Shown one piece after another: positions 50,115-63,200 of a DNA stretch of 64,000 bases. Origin of the DNA: Phoronis australis (lineage: Eukaryota > Animalia > Phoronida); contig NMRA01000099.1 of NCBI GenBank assembly GCA_002633005.1, positions 1 through 64,000 of the forward strand. Direction: 5' to 3'. The notes beneath the pieces were generated by a model, which worked only from the letters and a program-made list of their open reading frames with translations, did no database searches and was not told the origin of the DNA. Each line of letters opens with the position of its first letter. The first letter of the stretch is position 1. The position numbers were made by a program, and so were the translations under genes.

Positions 50115-53100
50115 AGGTTATCTTGATTGTACAAAGGTGGCGCTGAGCACACGACAGGCTTTGCCGTATTTTGTCCTTCAGAACCGTCGGGAAGGGATCT
50201 TCTTCTTGGTTTAAGTGACCACACTCTCTCCAGAGTACCATGTCACTGTATAACAATGAAGATCAACAAAAACGAGAACGACTATAACAGGTTTATACAT
50301 AGTTGACGTCACTTCAAAGGTCGGTTAACATAGCTAGATCGTTAACAGATAAGGCAGTCAGTAAGCGGGTGCTCCAAATGGAGGCACCCCATTATGTTAC
50401 TTCAGAAAGGCAGATAGCTTGCTGACAAAGATATCAAGAGAAGGGACTGGTGTAATGCAGCCCGGAAAGTTATTCCAGTTCACGACTGTTCTAGGAAAGA
50501 ATGTCTTTTTCCTGTAATCTGTCCAATTTTATAGTTGGATGACCTTCTGGTACAGATGCCTGACACAGTAGAACCTGCGATAGGGGCAACATCAGAGTTG
50601 ATGATCACTGACAGATTTTGCATCTGTGGCTATGGGTGGACCATTTTATGGTTTCTAACACTGAGGAAAGAGAGGATAGACAATTGAACCGTCTCGAGAC
50701 CCAACGAGCTGCTCTCCTCCGTAGTTTCTCAACAGCTGCATTGTCTTTTTGAGTATAAGGGTCCCAAACAGTAGAGGCGTATTCCAAGGTGGGACGGACC
50801 ATTGTTTTATGTGCAAACTCCTTAGATCGTTGGCTGCTTACACGCAAGTTTCGCCTAAGAAAGACCAGAGTTTTGTTTGCTTATGTGGGATGACCATTTG
50901 AGGTCATGCGAGATGGTGATTCCCAAATATTTAGCCTCCTTGACCGACTTTACCGTGTGATTGTGAAGTACATAGGAAGTGGGCTGGATTTGGCGTTTTT
51001 GGTCAGGGTGAGGGTACTACACTTGCCTGGCTGGAAAGCCATAAGCCACTTGTCTTCCCACAGAGCAAGACTATCTAAATCCTTCTGCAGAGCCTCTCTG
51101 TCAGCGGCTGAGTTAGCAATGTTGTAACAAATTGTATCGTCTGCAAATAGTCTGATTTTACCAGACAGGCCAAGGGGGATATCGTTTATGTATAATAGAA
51201 AAAAGCAGGGGACTGATACTGAGCCTTGGGATACCCCAGACTCCACGGGTATACTTGACGACTTCTCGCCTCTGACAACTACAGTTTGTTGTCGTCCATT
51301 TAGGAGACTTTTTGATCCGGTTGTTAACAGTACCTGATATACCGTATTGGTTTAATTTGTGGATCAGCAAGGAGTGGTTTACCTTATCGAAGGCTTTACT
51401 AAAATCCCTTATGAGAGCATCTACACTATTACCTTCTTCAACGTGCTCACTAATCTCATCGATGAAGCTCAGCAGTTGGGTTTCACAACACATTTTTGAA
51501 CGTAATCCATGTTGTTCCGGACATATGATGTTATTTTAGTCACAGTGCTCTAAAATTGTCTGGATGATTATGTGTTCAAGCATTTTACACACTATACTGG
51601 TTAGTGATATAGGTCTGTAGTTCTCAGGTAAGTATTTTTTCTCCTTTTTTCTGAAAACAGGGGTTACTTTCGCATTTCTCAAGTCAGAAGGGATAATGCC
51701 AGACCTAAGTGATGATTCAATTATGAGGGTCAGAGCTGGGACCAGTTCCACTATATTGCTTTTAAGAGTGAGTGGGTGGATGTTATCAGAACCCACATAC
51801 TTACTGGGGTTGAGATCCCTCATTAGTTTCTCAACACCCTGTATAGAGACAGATGGTTATTTGGCAAGTAGGGTACTGTACATCAGTGTCTCGTGGGGAC
51901 ATCGTGTATGGAACTCGTCGGAGGTGAAGTTTGTCTTGGGGTTAAAGGCAGCTTGAAATTGTTTATTGAGGAGCTCAGCTTGCTCTTCGGCCTCTGTAAC
52001 AAGTCTCCAACAATGTTTTAAAGTTGTGATTCCAGTATTATCAGATCTTGCAGATCTTATGTGAGACCAAAATGTCTTGTTGGGCTTGCTCATATTATTT
52101 ACGTCACTGTCTGTGATTAGTGATTCCATATAATCCCAGTATTTTCTTCATAGCGACATCTGAACTATTCCTTTCAAACGTTTTAATTAGCAGAGGGTCG
52201 CTGGATCTACTGTTAATTTGAAGAGCTTATGTACATTGGTCTCTTCTCGTGATTAGGCCTTTTAGTTCCGGGTCAATCAAAGGGTAGCTAAGTTTGGATA
52301 TATTGGTCGACAGCTATCTGCAATCTTTCTTTGAACCAGCGTCACGAAGTCTCGGTGTTACTATTTATGTCAAAGGAAGAAGCCATATCATTGGATAGTT
52401 GTCTAAGTGCCAATCTTGGTTCATAACAGTTGGCGCGTTTAAAAGCATAGACTTCTCAAACAGGGGGGCGTTTTGGATAGGCGAGGAGCTGTAGTTCGAG
52501 AAAAACGCAGTCGTGTTCAGAGAGTCCTGGAAGGATCTCTGTTCTAGGCACAAGGTCTGGGAAGTTTGTGATAAAAAGGTATAGGGTATTTTCTCCTCGT
52601 GTAGGTTCTTTTAACATTTGTTCGAGGCCATAGTAAGCCAGGGCATCAATGAACAGATTATGTAAGCGTGGGTTTGAGGCACCAGGCTTCAAAACTGAAG
52701 TATTCCAGTCCCACCCTGGAAAGTTTAAATCGCCTCCAATTAATATAACAGCGTTTTTAGGACTAGTAGCCTGAAGACAGGAGTCAGAAAATATCAGAAG
52801 GCTCGACTCGTCGCTAACATGTGGTCTATAGTAGGAGCATACCAACAGTTTGCGACGTCCTTTAAGTTGGATGCTTGCGCAGATGAGTTCGCAGTGTTCT
52901 CTGGAGAGTGATGTTTCTTCAGAGCAAGTGAAAGTATTTAGTACATCAATTAAAACACCACCTCCATCTCTGTTGCGGTCCTTTCTGAACACTTGGTAAT
53001 TGCTGGGAAATAATTCACTAATTTTAATGTTGTCATCCAGGCAGGTTACAGTTCCGATTATAACATCTGGTTTAATACTGTCTATAATATTAGTAAGTGC

Positions 53101-54295
53101 TGGGGCTTTACCAATCACTGATCTAAAATTGATGTTAAGGAACGTAAGTGGGCGATGGGAATTCAAGTTTTGTCTCCTTGAACGTGTAGGAGTAGATGAA
53201 TGTTGAGGAACAAATGGAGGTATAGTAGTTACGTCAGAGTAATCTAGTGTAGGTTCGGCATTACTAGAGTTATTACTAGTCAAATAGGTCGAAGACTACG
53301 TCACTGTAATTTGCATTATCGCAATTTTCGCAGTGCCAAGATATGCTAGTATCGCCCAGTTGGTGATACTGACCATTGCTAACACTCTGACAAGCTGCAT
53401 GAAACCATTGACCGCATGTTTCACAAGCAATGCCTCGCTGTTCCCAAATGACCGAGAGATCACAGGTACCACATGGAAAACGTGAGCCACTGTCACTCAT
53501 GATAATGCCTATGAGTAAGACTGGCAGTAGCAACATGGCAGAAACAAAAGCTGGTGATTAGACCACTACGAGGGATAATAAGGCCTTGTATATGGTGTGC
53601 TAAGGATAATGTTTAGACAGATCAGAAGGGCAATAACTAACGTTAGGTCTTCTCAACCCTGGCCCGATCAGGGTGGGCACACACCACTAGAGCAATAGAA
53701 TATCCCTTAAGTTAATAATTAGGTGTTAATAATTAGTAAAGACTGAAAGCCATTATAGTTTGGTGAATGATATACCCGACAATGAGCATTGTGGACTAGT
53801 GAGGGGTATGGTCTGAAGTCAAGAACAAACACAAGTAAGGGCGGGTTTCCCGCCAAATGTGCTGACGGTTATCCAAGTAGAGCATAAATAATAGTACTAC
53901 CTGAACTCCTGTTACCAATAAAGTAGATAGAACACTTGGAGTCTTTCTAGAATTGTAGTCACCAAGTTCGGACAACCTACAATGATAAAAACCAGTAAAA
54001 CTTCGGAATTTAAGAGAGCAGAGAAGAACAGCGTCCATGTTACGGAAGTGACGTCATACCTCCAATGAACTTGCTGTGACATCCCGAAACCATGCTTATT
54101 TATCCAGCTTATCGCACTTCCTTGAATCGGCATTGCGGATCACAGCACAGCAGTAATATGATATAAAAATAAAGTATTCAGATGACAGATGCTAACATGT
54201 GAATCTCTATAGGAGCAAAAGCGGGGCTGCTGAGCTGCCTGTCGTATCTGGAGGTGTGCCGCTTATTGTATCTCACGGCATGGGAGAGCGATCAA
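50115..54295 (-). mobile_element. Near full-length decayed APE-type LINE with N-terminal PHD finger (RTEX/CR1-group; clade not certain)
   Basis: PHD CGTC...CETCGQWFHAAC...WHCENC; APE NIN, DRNRDGGGV, GGDLN, SEH; RT YRPISLTS, DFSKAFDKV, SQGS, LFADD, VRPTLEYASTVWDP, FFPRTV.WN; absent from copy A intron 1 (site ~20080). Confidence 0.92.
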
Positions 54296-55033
54296 TGCGG
54301 ATGGCGATAATTGGGTCACGTTACCATGTTTTTGTAATAATTATCAAAAACAGATGTACATTGGTTACTAAACTATGCTATAAATAAATTTAATACATTT
54401 TGTTAGATGTAACGTTCAAGATGAGATTTCAAGAAAGATGTAGCACTTTTCAAAATTATTATTTGTTTTTCGTTTTGCAAATTTTGCTTCTTTTTCAGGA
54501 AAGTAATCAAAGTCCTTTATTTTGACAAGACCCTCATACAAAGTAGAACATTTTAAAAATAATTCCTAATAGCGTTTTAGAGAATAGTACATCAGGCGTA
54601 GTATCTTAAAGTTTCATATGAATCCTAGCAACCATTTTTGATGTGTGATGTTCCGAAGTTAGCCAAATTCTGCACAACTAATTGATTGAAATGACCTATT
54701 TGTTGAGTTGAAAAGATGCATTAAGAAAAATAGTTTGAGCATGCCATGTCTTTTTGATACTATCAATTTCTGAGATTTAAAACAACAGTAACCAAGGCGA
54801 ACAAAACGAAAATGATTCACACTAATGGCAAAACGGACAAAGGTATATCGGGAAGTGGAGTGGACTATAAATCGTGTTTTTCATGTTATCCCACTCTGAT
54901 TGTTCGTATACCAGTTCCTAAGTGTTGTTCACATGGTGAACAAATGCACCACATCAATTCTAAAATGGTCAGGTTTACAGTTTGCATATTTAATGTGTTG
55001 CATGAAACTCTAACTCTCTCTTGCTACCGATAG

Positions 55034-55180
55034 GATCGCCATGCAACCGGAACATCTACGCCCTCTATTGACAGATCGGATGACTATGAGTTACTCCACA
55101 GTTCACAAAATCAGACACGGACCACGTTGAGGTTCCGAAGAAAACTTGACACGTGTGACAATGACGACATGCTTATAAAC
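55034..55180 (+). CDS. MOXD1: MOXD1-like copy B, exon 2
   Basis: TAG|DRHATGTSTPSIDRSDDYELLHSSQNQTRTTLRFRRKLDTCDNDDMLIN|GTAAGT. Confidence 0.92.
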
Positions 55181-55583
55181 GTAAGTATTATAGTCTGTTG
55201 GGAATTTTTAAATACCAGGCTTGAGACATAACATGAGTTTCTGCGCCCCCTTGTTTTTGTCAAAACGTCATATAAGGTTTGGAGACCTGTGTAATCTTTT
55301 TTGAAGAATGAAAAAGGTGGTCACATGACTAGCAACATCTTGTTATTGGCTTTGTGAGCGTAGTGCGAAGAAAGTAAACTACTCAGCAAGTAAGCTTAAT
55401 TTACGTTGTGTCAGTCGTTTTTATAATGTGTTGGGTTCATTTTGTGGTAGTGAAACCAGTGATGTATTAGAGTAATGAAAAAGTCACGTGAACCGTGACG
55501 TAACACTGAAGCATTGCAAACTTTAAAATCAGCAATTTTACGTATAACCATTTCCAAACAAAGCTCCATTCTTATTTTTTCAG

Positions 55584-55742
55584 TCGGATACTTTCCGCCT
55601 TATTTTCGCCTACGGGTCGTCTGATACTGTGTCTTATCACAACTCCAACCGAGGCACAAAAAGCGTTTTACTTCTCGGAGCTATAACGCCTACCCCAGTC
55701 TTACCGAACGATGTCATCACGTGGGACTTTGATGTCAGCAAC
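55584..55742 (+). CDS. MOXD1: MOXD1-like copy B, exon 3
   Basis: CAG|SDTFRLIFAYGSSDTVSYHNSNRGTKSVLLLGAITPTPVLPNDVITWDFDVSN|GTGAGT. Confidence 0.92.
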
Positions 55743-56639
55743 GTGAGTACAGTAACGATCTCTTTAAGTACTGCAATGTGGCAACGTTAAATGGTTTGAA
55801 ACAAAACTTGCTTTTTGAAAGAAAAAAGGTTCTTAACCACTTTAACAATTTCCCTGTGTAAAGTCTGGAAACCAATCAAGAAAGGAAAATAAGTATGGTG
55901 GTGACATGAAGCAATATAAAGTTGAAAAATGCTGCTACAGGTAATAAAACAGTTGAAAAGGCAGTGAAAAGATTAAACCAGTAGTGCATGTATTAAAAGG
56001 GTCCAGGTGTGTCGCCTTTGTGTGGACTTCTTCAGCTGCAAATAGTTGCAAGCAACAGAATAAATCAAAATAAAACAATAAAACGGTACCATGTACAGTA
56101 GGGGGTCGCAGTCAAATGGCTACAGTGAAAGAAACAGCGGCTGTGTGTTCACAGACCTTGATGTAATGGGTAGCAAATCCGCTATTGCGGTTCAGACTTT
56201 AGACATGGACTTGATTATAAATAATGTTTTAGACTTCGTGCTTCCTTCTAGATTCTAGATTTCTAGACGGGTCGTCACTGATTCAAGCCGGGCTACTTAA
56301 TTGTGGCAGTTCAACCGCTCTCTTTTAGTCGCCGCAGCAGTATTGCCATAAAATTTCAAGCCATTTATTAACTCAAAACAAAGGATAAGAACGCGATTTC
56401 TTTCCTTTGAAAAAGTAGCAATACCTGCAAAGAAAATCGTTTGTAACCCCAGAATACGGTTTATAGCCGCGGGTTTAACTTAGAAAAATCGGGAGTCACG
56501 TTAAGGTACCGACGACGGGAGAGAGTGAACTTTGCGAAATAATCACTTAAGTTAAATGGACGTCATCGAACCTGCTGATTCGAATTGGATTGTTACAATT
56601 TTTGATTCCAGCGATATTATTGAGCTTATTTTGTTTAAG

Positions 56640-56723
56640 GTTACTGTGCCAGCAAAAGACACGGTGTATTGGTGTAAAGGCTTCAACGTGCCCTCATTGG
56701 CCAAGAAACATCACGTGCTTAAG
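56640..56723 (+). CDS. MOXD1: MOXD1-like copy B, exon 4
   Basis: VTVPAKDTVYWCKGFNVPSLAKKHHVLK; one synonymous difference from copy A. Confidence 0.92.
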
Positions 56724-57606
56724 GTCAGTGTAACTTCTTGATGTCAAGACAGAAACATGGTTTTTCAAGATCTGGTTCATTTCTGTGAACATAGAAGCAC
56801 TTCATTGATTTTTTTAGCTTTGACGTTGACGCAGTTGAAAAGAATCAGTTGTCATGGTAAAGAAACCAAAACCTAGTTCACTACTCGGGATCAAATAATT
56901 TCACGAGTACTTTACGAAACTTTACTTACATAGAAGCTTGCATAAAAACGATTTTGGAGACGTTTGGTTAACCTATCATCAGATCATGCGCCGCGTAAAT
57001 TGATGGAATTCAAATTTGGTTAGGAAGTTCAGTCAAAACTAGTAACGAGGCGTACTTGCTAATTCAGATTATTATTTGAATAACTGTTGTCGCTGACTGG
57101 AACAACTGGAAAAAATCTCCTCGTCCAGTGGACTGACAATCATCCGTCTCCTATTAAAGAACCATTCCACGACAAAATCGAAATAAATAAAAAATCACTC
57201 TATGGGTCCTCTTCCACATTCAGCTTAAACTTTTGTATGTGATCGTGGTGTGGCTCTGACACAAAAATCGCCGATTTTGCAATTGTTGACCTCTTAGCTT
57301 CTTACTTACAGGTCTTCAAAGATTTACGAAGAAAATGATTCGATTTTGCATTCCGGAAACAACAATTTTCCTATAAAAATAGGTAGATTGCATACAATGA
57401 GAGAAAACGCATAATGGGATTAGTAAGTAAATATAATGATTTCCCTGCATTCATCATGTGACGGCGGACAGAAACCGGAGAAAGGGAAACTGGGGGGAGA
57501 GAAGAGCGAAATTCAAATCATAACATAAGCACAGACTTGTTTAATTCATTCATAAGCGAGATGTGGGGGAATTAACTATGCACCAACGCCTTTTTCCAAT
57601 TTGCAG

Positions 57607-57789
57607 TATGAACCTGTGATAACTCCCGGAAACGAGGCTCTCACCCACCACATTATTATCTACGCCTGTTACGGAGATGTGAACACAACTGGTGCTCATT
57701 TACTGAATGCTGAACACTGCGGATTGATGCCAAATAACTTACAGCCCTCCTGTACGTCTGTCTTGTTCGCCTGGGCAATTGGAGGAGAG
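57607..57789 (+). CDS. MOXD1: MOXD1-like copy B, exon 5
   Basis: YEPVITPGNEALTHHIIIYAC...AWAIGGE; splice sites conserved. Confidence 0.93.
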
Positions 57790-58189
57790 GTGAAGTCATA
57801 TTTCAATTTTGTTAGGGAAACGCAATATAGTTAGAACATTTTACAAAACCATGACTGTGTGAATTATGAAATAAGTGACTTCCTTTATACGTTTATCAAT
57901 CCATTGACCTGTGACTGATGTTTTGACTGGCTGCTCTCCTTGGTACTTCAAGGAGTAGCAATAAACGCTCAAGATCTAATAGCGACTAATTAGCCTAAAG
58001 TCATACAATGATCAGCGGTGGCGCAATAACAACTAATCGTTTGTCAGATCTGTGTTTGATTGCAAAATCGTGTACTCTAGCACTTTAGGTTAAAGCCACG
58101 AGATATATAACTTCCAAATAACTGAAGAATGTGATGCTGGTTGTGGTGGATATTTAAACTACAATTCTTAAAGTACGTTCTTTTTCCAG

Positions 58190-58292
58190 GCTTTCTTTTA
58201 TCCGTCTAATGTGGGACTACCCTTTGGTGATGACCAGCAACCGACGTTTTTGCTTTTGGAAATTCACTATGACAATCCAACCAAGGCATCCG
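58190..58292 (+). CDS. MOXD1: MOXD1-like copy B, exon 6
   Basis: AFFYPSNVGLPFGDDQQPTFLLLEIHYDNPTKAS; G|GTAAGT. Confidence 0.93.
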
Positions 58293-59818
58293 GTAAGTGG
58301 CTCATGCTACAAAAATACACTCTTTCCCACACAAGCTTTGACTCGCTCAAAATTACTGGATGTCAAGAAAAATAATAAGGTGATTCACTATTTTTCCCGC
58401 CCATTCCCGTTCCACTATGTAGGCATACTCACTGATGCCCACAAGTGGATTTCTGCTTGTCGTTCACCATCCGTACAGGAAGTGCTCTGACAGAGAATAA
58501 TGCCACAAGGGCGTTGATGTCTTGATTGTTAACCAGATTTACATGTTTTCTGTAAATTCATTAATACGCCCATTAAAATATTTCTACACGAGTACCATTT
58601 TAAAGTGCTTTTTGTTCACATTCCACACGCTTCACACACATATTTCTAACATGACGGTGGGATTTTATTGCTTTATTAAAGAGGCCCTGTGTTCTAATTT
58701 TCAAATGTATCTGAACAAATATTGCAATGCCAAAAAGCATTGTTCGTTTTTCTCTGTAAACCGACTACTTTTGTAATTCATGGTTGTGGCGTTCGTTCTC
58801 GTGCGTTGGTCGGAGAAGCAAACTTTTGATTTGACCCACTTTCTCAACTTGTTCGCTTACTTTGATGTGAGTGACTTCAGGGTTCACAAAGAAACAACAG
58901 TTCGTTACTCCTTGAGATCAGTGCATGCTAGGTGCATAAAATGGCGTGCCATGACAAACCAACTTGTTGCAGAACTTGTTCTCGAGCAATGTGGAACTGT
59001 TAGTTCTCTCGAAGCCCTAAAAACTCCTCCAAATATGATTATGTAACAATGTGAAACCGAGCAATATGGAACTGTCAGTTCTTTCAAACCCCTAAAAACA
59101 CCACCAGTCTGAGACACGAGTTCTAATTTTGATGTCTCGCCTTTTACAGTTATTTCTGAAAAATATTGCAAGGCCAAAAAGCATAGTTGGCTATGCTCTG
59201 TAACTCGGTCACTTTTGAATCATACCATTGCCGGTCCGCATCAGTTTCAGCCAAAGTTTGACTGGGTTTTTTTAAAGCTGCACAAAGCCACGTAAGCAGA
59301 GCTAAGCAAGGTTTGAAACGCCATGATTAGCCAAACGATAAGTAAAAATCAAGTCCCGCTTCGTTTTAGCTCTTCTTTTTTAAAAAAAAAACGAGCAAAT
59401 ATGCCTATAAATATCCCACCACCGACAACATTTCCAAAAAAGTGGAGACCAGTACAAACTATGGTTTTTGAACTCACTTCAATTTAGAAACATACAAAAT
59501 CTCCCAGACTTTACAAGAAATTGCTAATTAATTATTAAACTGTATAGGTCAGTGCAAAAACTGTGATCCTATCAATTAAATTACAAAATTTGTTTTTCTG
59601 TTCGCGGTCGTAAGACTTTAACACTTAAACTTTTTTGCTTAGATATTTTATGTAATTGATAAACCTTCACTTTACATGAGACAGACCTCGTGATCAAGTC
59701 CTATCGACACGAGCGTTTTTCGAGTAAAATTGTACTGATTCCGTCACTTTGAAACCGAGCCGATATAAAATATTTTCTGAAGATTTCTGTTTAAGACTTG
59801 AATTTTGGCGTATTTCAG

Positions 59819-59985
59819 ATTTGGTCGATTCTTCGGGAATGCGGTTGACTTTATCTCCAACACTGCGTCAGTATGACGCTGGGCTAATTGAGTTCGGCCA
59901 TATTGTGTATCCAACGCAAGCAATTCCACCAAATCAACCATCGTTCACGTCATACGGGTACTGTGTGAGCGACTGTACAAAAGAG
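59819..59985 (+). CDS. MOXD1: MOXD1-like copy B, exon 7 (last copy B exon in the window)
   Basis: LVDSSGMRLTLSPTLRQYDAGLIEFGHIVYPTQAIPP...GYCVSDCTKE|GTACGC. Confidence 0.92.
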
Positions 59986-60281
59986 GTACGCTGTAGTCTC
60001 AGCTGGAGACAAATACTTTGATTTTCGCTTTTTGTCACATATTCGTACCAAACCCAATAAAGCAAATCGACTTTCACATGGAGAAAAAGAGGGTTTCCTT
60101 ATGGTATTAATGTCAAGCAATCTTTCTTGCACGCGAAATTGGTCAGTGCTTTCTGTCGACTAGTTTATGCAAAGTCGTTCAAATTCGCCGTACATGCGCC
60201 TATCTTCCCAACTACCAATATACGCAACTACAGCTGGGACCATGTTTAGACGGCCGTACTTCCAGACCGGTCATATCTCGA

Positions 60282-63200
60282 CTGTGACGCCCTCTCCGCT
60301 CGCTCGCTTATAACACTGATGGCCTTCTACCTTTCCTTTCCTGACACCCCTAATGCTCGAAATGCCCTCCATACTGACTGACCAACGAATCCCCTGCACC
60401 CAACTTCAACTGGCCAGTACCATACTCTCCACCCCCTCCTTCGACATTCCTCGCACAACTCTTGATATTTTCCTTTCTTCCTTTCATGTGCTTCCTCTAC
60501 CCGCTCTTCCCATGGCACTTTCAGCTCCATCAATATTACCTGCTTTCTTGCCGGTGACCACATCACGATGTCTGGTCTCATACCTGTCTCCGCTATCTCA
60601 CTTGGGAAGGTCATCCTTCGGTACAGATCGCCGTGTTCAGTACACCTCCTCCTCCTGTCTGTCCCCGAGTTGAAGTACACGCCAGCACAAAATTAGCAAA
60701 CTGTGGCCCCTTGAGCACTTTCCGCTCCTTGCGTTCCCTCTTGAGGCTCTCTGCCATCACCCCCAGCACCTGGTCGTGTCTCCAAGTATATCGCCCGTCT
60801 GATAACGCTGATAAACATGATGACAGTACGTGTTCCAGGTTTGCTGGCTTCTTACATACTAGACAAGTTGGATCTTTCACTAACCCCCACACACGCAACT
60901 TGATTGGGCTGGGAAAAACATCATACACCGACCTCAGCAAAAACCTCAATCTACTCTCCTGCATTGTCCAGATCTCTTGCCACTTCAAACTCCTCTGTCT
61001 AACTCCCTGCCAATTCAGCCAACTGCCTTACTGCCTCGTGCCTGTTGCTCTGGCTCTTCTTGTTTCTTCTTCCATACTTCTCACTTGCTGCTGTATCATG
61101 CTACGTCTCTCCTTAGGACTCGCTTCTCCCCAACGTGCCTTTGGAAACAAACGAAGTCCTTGTCTGCCCACTGCAACTGTGCCTACTATATCATCGTGCC
61201 TGAGTCTTTCCTCTGCCTGCTAGACAGCTTGTGATGTTAGCCACTTTCTTCCTCCATTGACCCTGACTCTCGTCAACACTGTCCCTCAGAGTTAACACTT
61301 GACGCACTTGACTTTAAAATCCTCCACCAGCGATGTGATGGGTAACTGAAGCTTGGACCCAGTGCTGTATAATCCTACACTGCTGAAACTCCTTGGTACA
61401 CCCAACCACCTACGTAGAAAGAAGCTCAGTAGACGCTCCATTGCCTCTGTTGTTGATGATGGAACATTGTACACCAATAATGGCCACAGTGCCATAGCAC
61501 TCCATGCTCATAAATCCAATGCTTTAAACTTGCCTGGCAATCCACACTTATCCACTGCTGTCATCCAGTTTTCTACTTGGCCTTTGATGGCAGCCACGCT
61601 AACAACATCTTTGAGAGTATTGTCGAACCATTTTCCCAGGCTCATCACTGGTTTTTCCTCACTGTTGGTATTACGTCGTCGCCTAGCCTGAATCTCGCAT
61701 TTGCCAACTTACCGTCCTTAAGCACTTAACTCCTTGACGTTGACGGCTTAAACTTCAACCTTGCCCATGCAATTATCCTCTCTAGGTCTTCCAGTGCCCA
61801 TTTCCCTTCTTTGTAAGACTTGGTTGTCACAGTCAAGTCATCCATAAATGCTCTTGTCGGTAGTTGTCTGACCCCTGACTTCATGAGTGGTCTTCTGCTC
61901 TTCCGCTCCACTGATTTCACAAGTAGGTTCATCGCTGCTGCGAACAATATCACCTACAGTGCACATCCTGTTATTATCCCCGCCTCCAATCTTTGCCACG
62001 CTGTAACATAGTTACCCCCAGAGAGAACCTCATCTTGATGTTGTCAAATTAGCCCTGTAACATTCCTTTTACCACTTCTGTCACATGGTACCTGTCTAGC
62101 GTCAACATGACCACCTTGTGTGGCATGAACTATAAGCATTTGCCACATCAAGCCATAGTACAACCAGATTCCCTTTCCTTTCCTTAGCCTCCTTGATGAT
62201 CTGGGTAACCACACTTGTATGCTCCATACATCCCGAGACCCCTGGAACGCCTCCTTTCTGCACTGTTATGTCGATATACTTGTTCGCCATCATAAACTCT
62301 GCCTTTCTCCTCGCTTCTATCGCCAAAAAGATCTTTCCTTCAACATTCAGCAAAGATATTGTCCTGACGTCGTGCAGACCTTTCGCCTTGTCTTCCTTTG
62401 GAATAAAACATCCTTCTGCTTGGTGAAAACTTTCAGCTTACCTACCTCTTCTCCACAAAAATCTAAGCAGCTTCCACATAATCTTGGCTAATCTTGGACA
62501 GCTCTTGTACACTTTATATGGCACTCCGTCTGGTCCTGGTGCTGACGATGATCTTGCCTTCTTTATTATTTGCATAACCTCATGAAATCTTGGTTGGCTC
62601 ATGTCGAATTCTACAGTTAGTTCGTCCGGGTTAAATAATGGAGCAAATTCTCCAAGGTCGTCGTTCCTCTTGCTGTCACTGTAATTCTCCTTCAAAAACT
62701 TCTCCACTTCTTCTTTCTCACACTCCAAACTGCCTGATTTCTTCTTCCCAAGTAGTTTTGCCACGAACTGTTACGGATTTGCTGTAAATTGTGTCCGTTT
62801 CCTGGCTCCTTTTTTCCGACGTCACCGTGTCCTCTCGGCTCTTCGTAGGGTCTTCAGTCTCTCGCTTTGCAGTTAAGCCCTCCTTTTTATTCTCCTCTGC
62901 TATACAGAACCTTCTGATCAGCCTACGAAAATCTTGCCTAATATTCATGGTCTCTGTCTCTCTCCTGTTTTTCTTGCCTTGACTCAGTGAATGCGTTCTG
63001 TTTTCTTTTAATCCAAAGCGGTCTGCTCCCATTGTGTAGACAAAGTTCGTCATACCTTGTCAACTTCTTATCAACATCCCCTGCTGATATGGTGTTAATC
63101 ACGGTGCTCACGTCTTCTTCGAATTCTTGCCACGCTCTTCTACTGTTGCTGGGTGGCCATTTAACTCTTCTCCTCCTTTCTTCTTGGCTTCTATTCTCCT

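Noticed and set aside
53652-53666. LNPGP, a possible 2A peptide
   Set aside because: On the strand opposite the LINE ORF and lacks the DxE part of DxExNPGP
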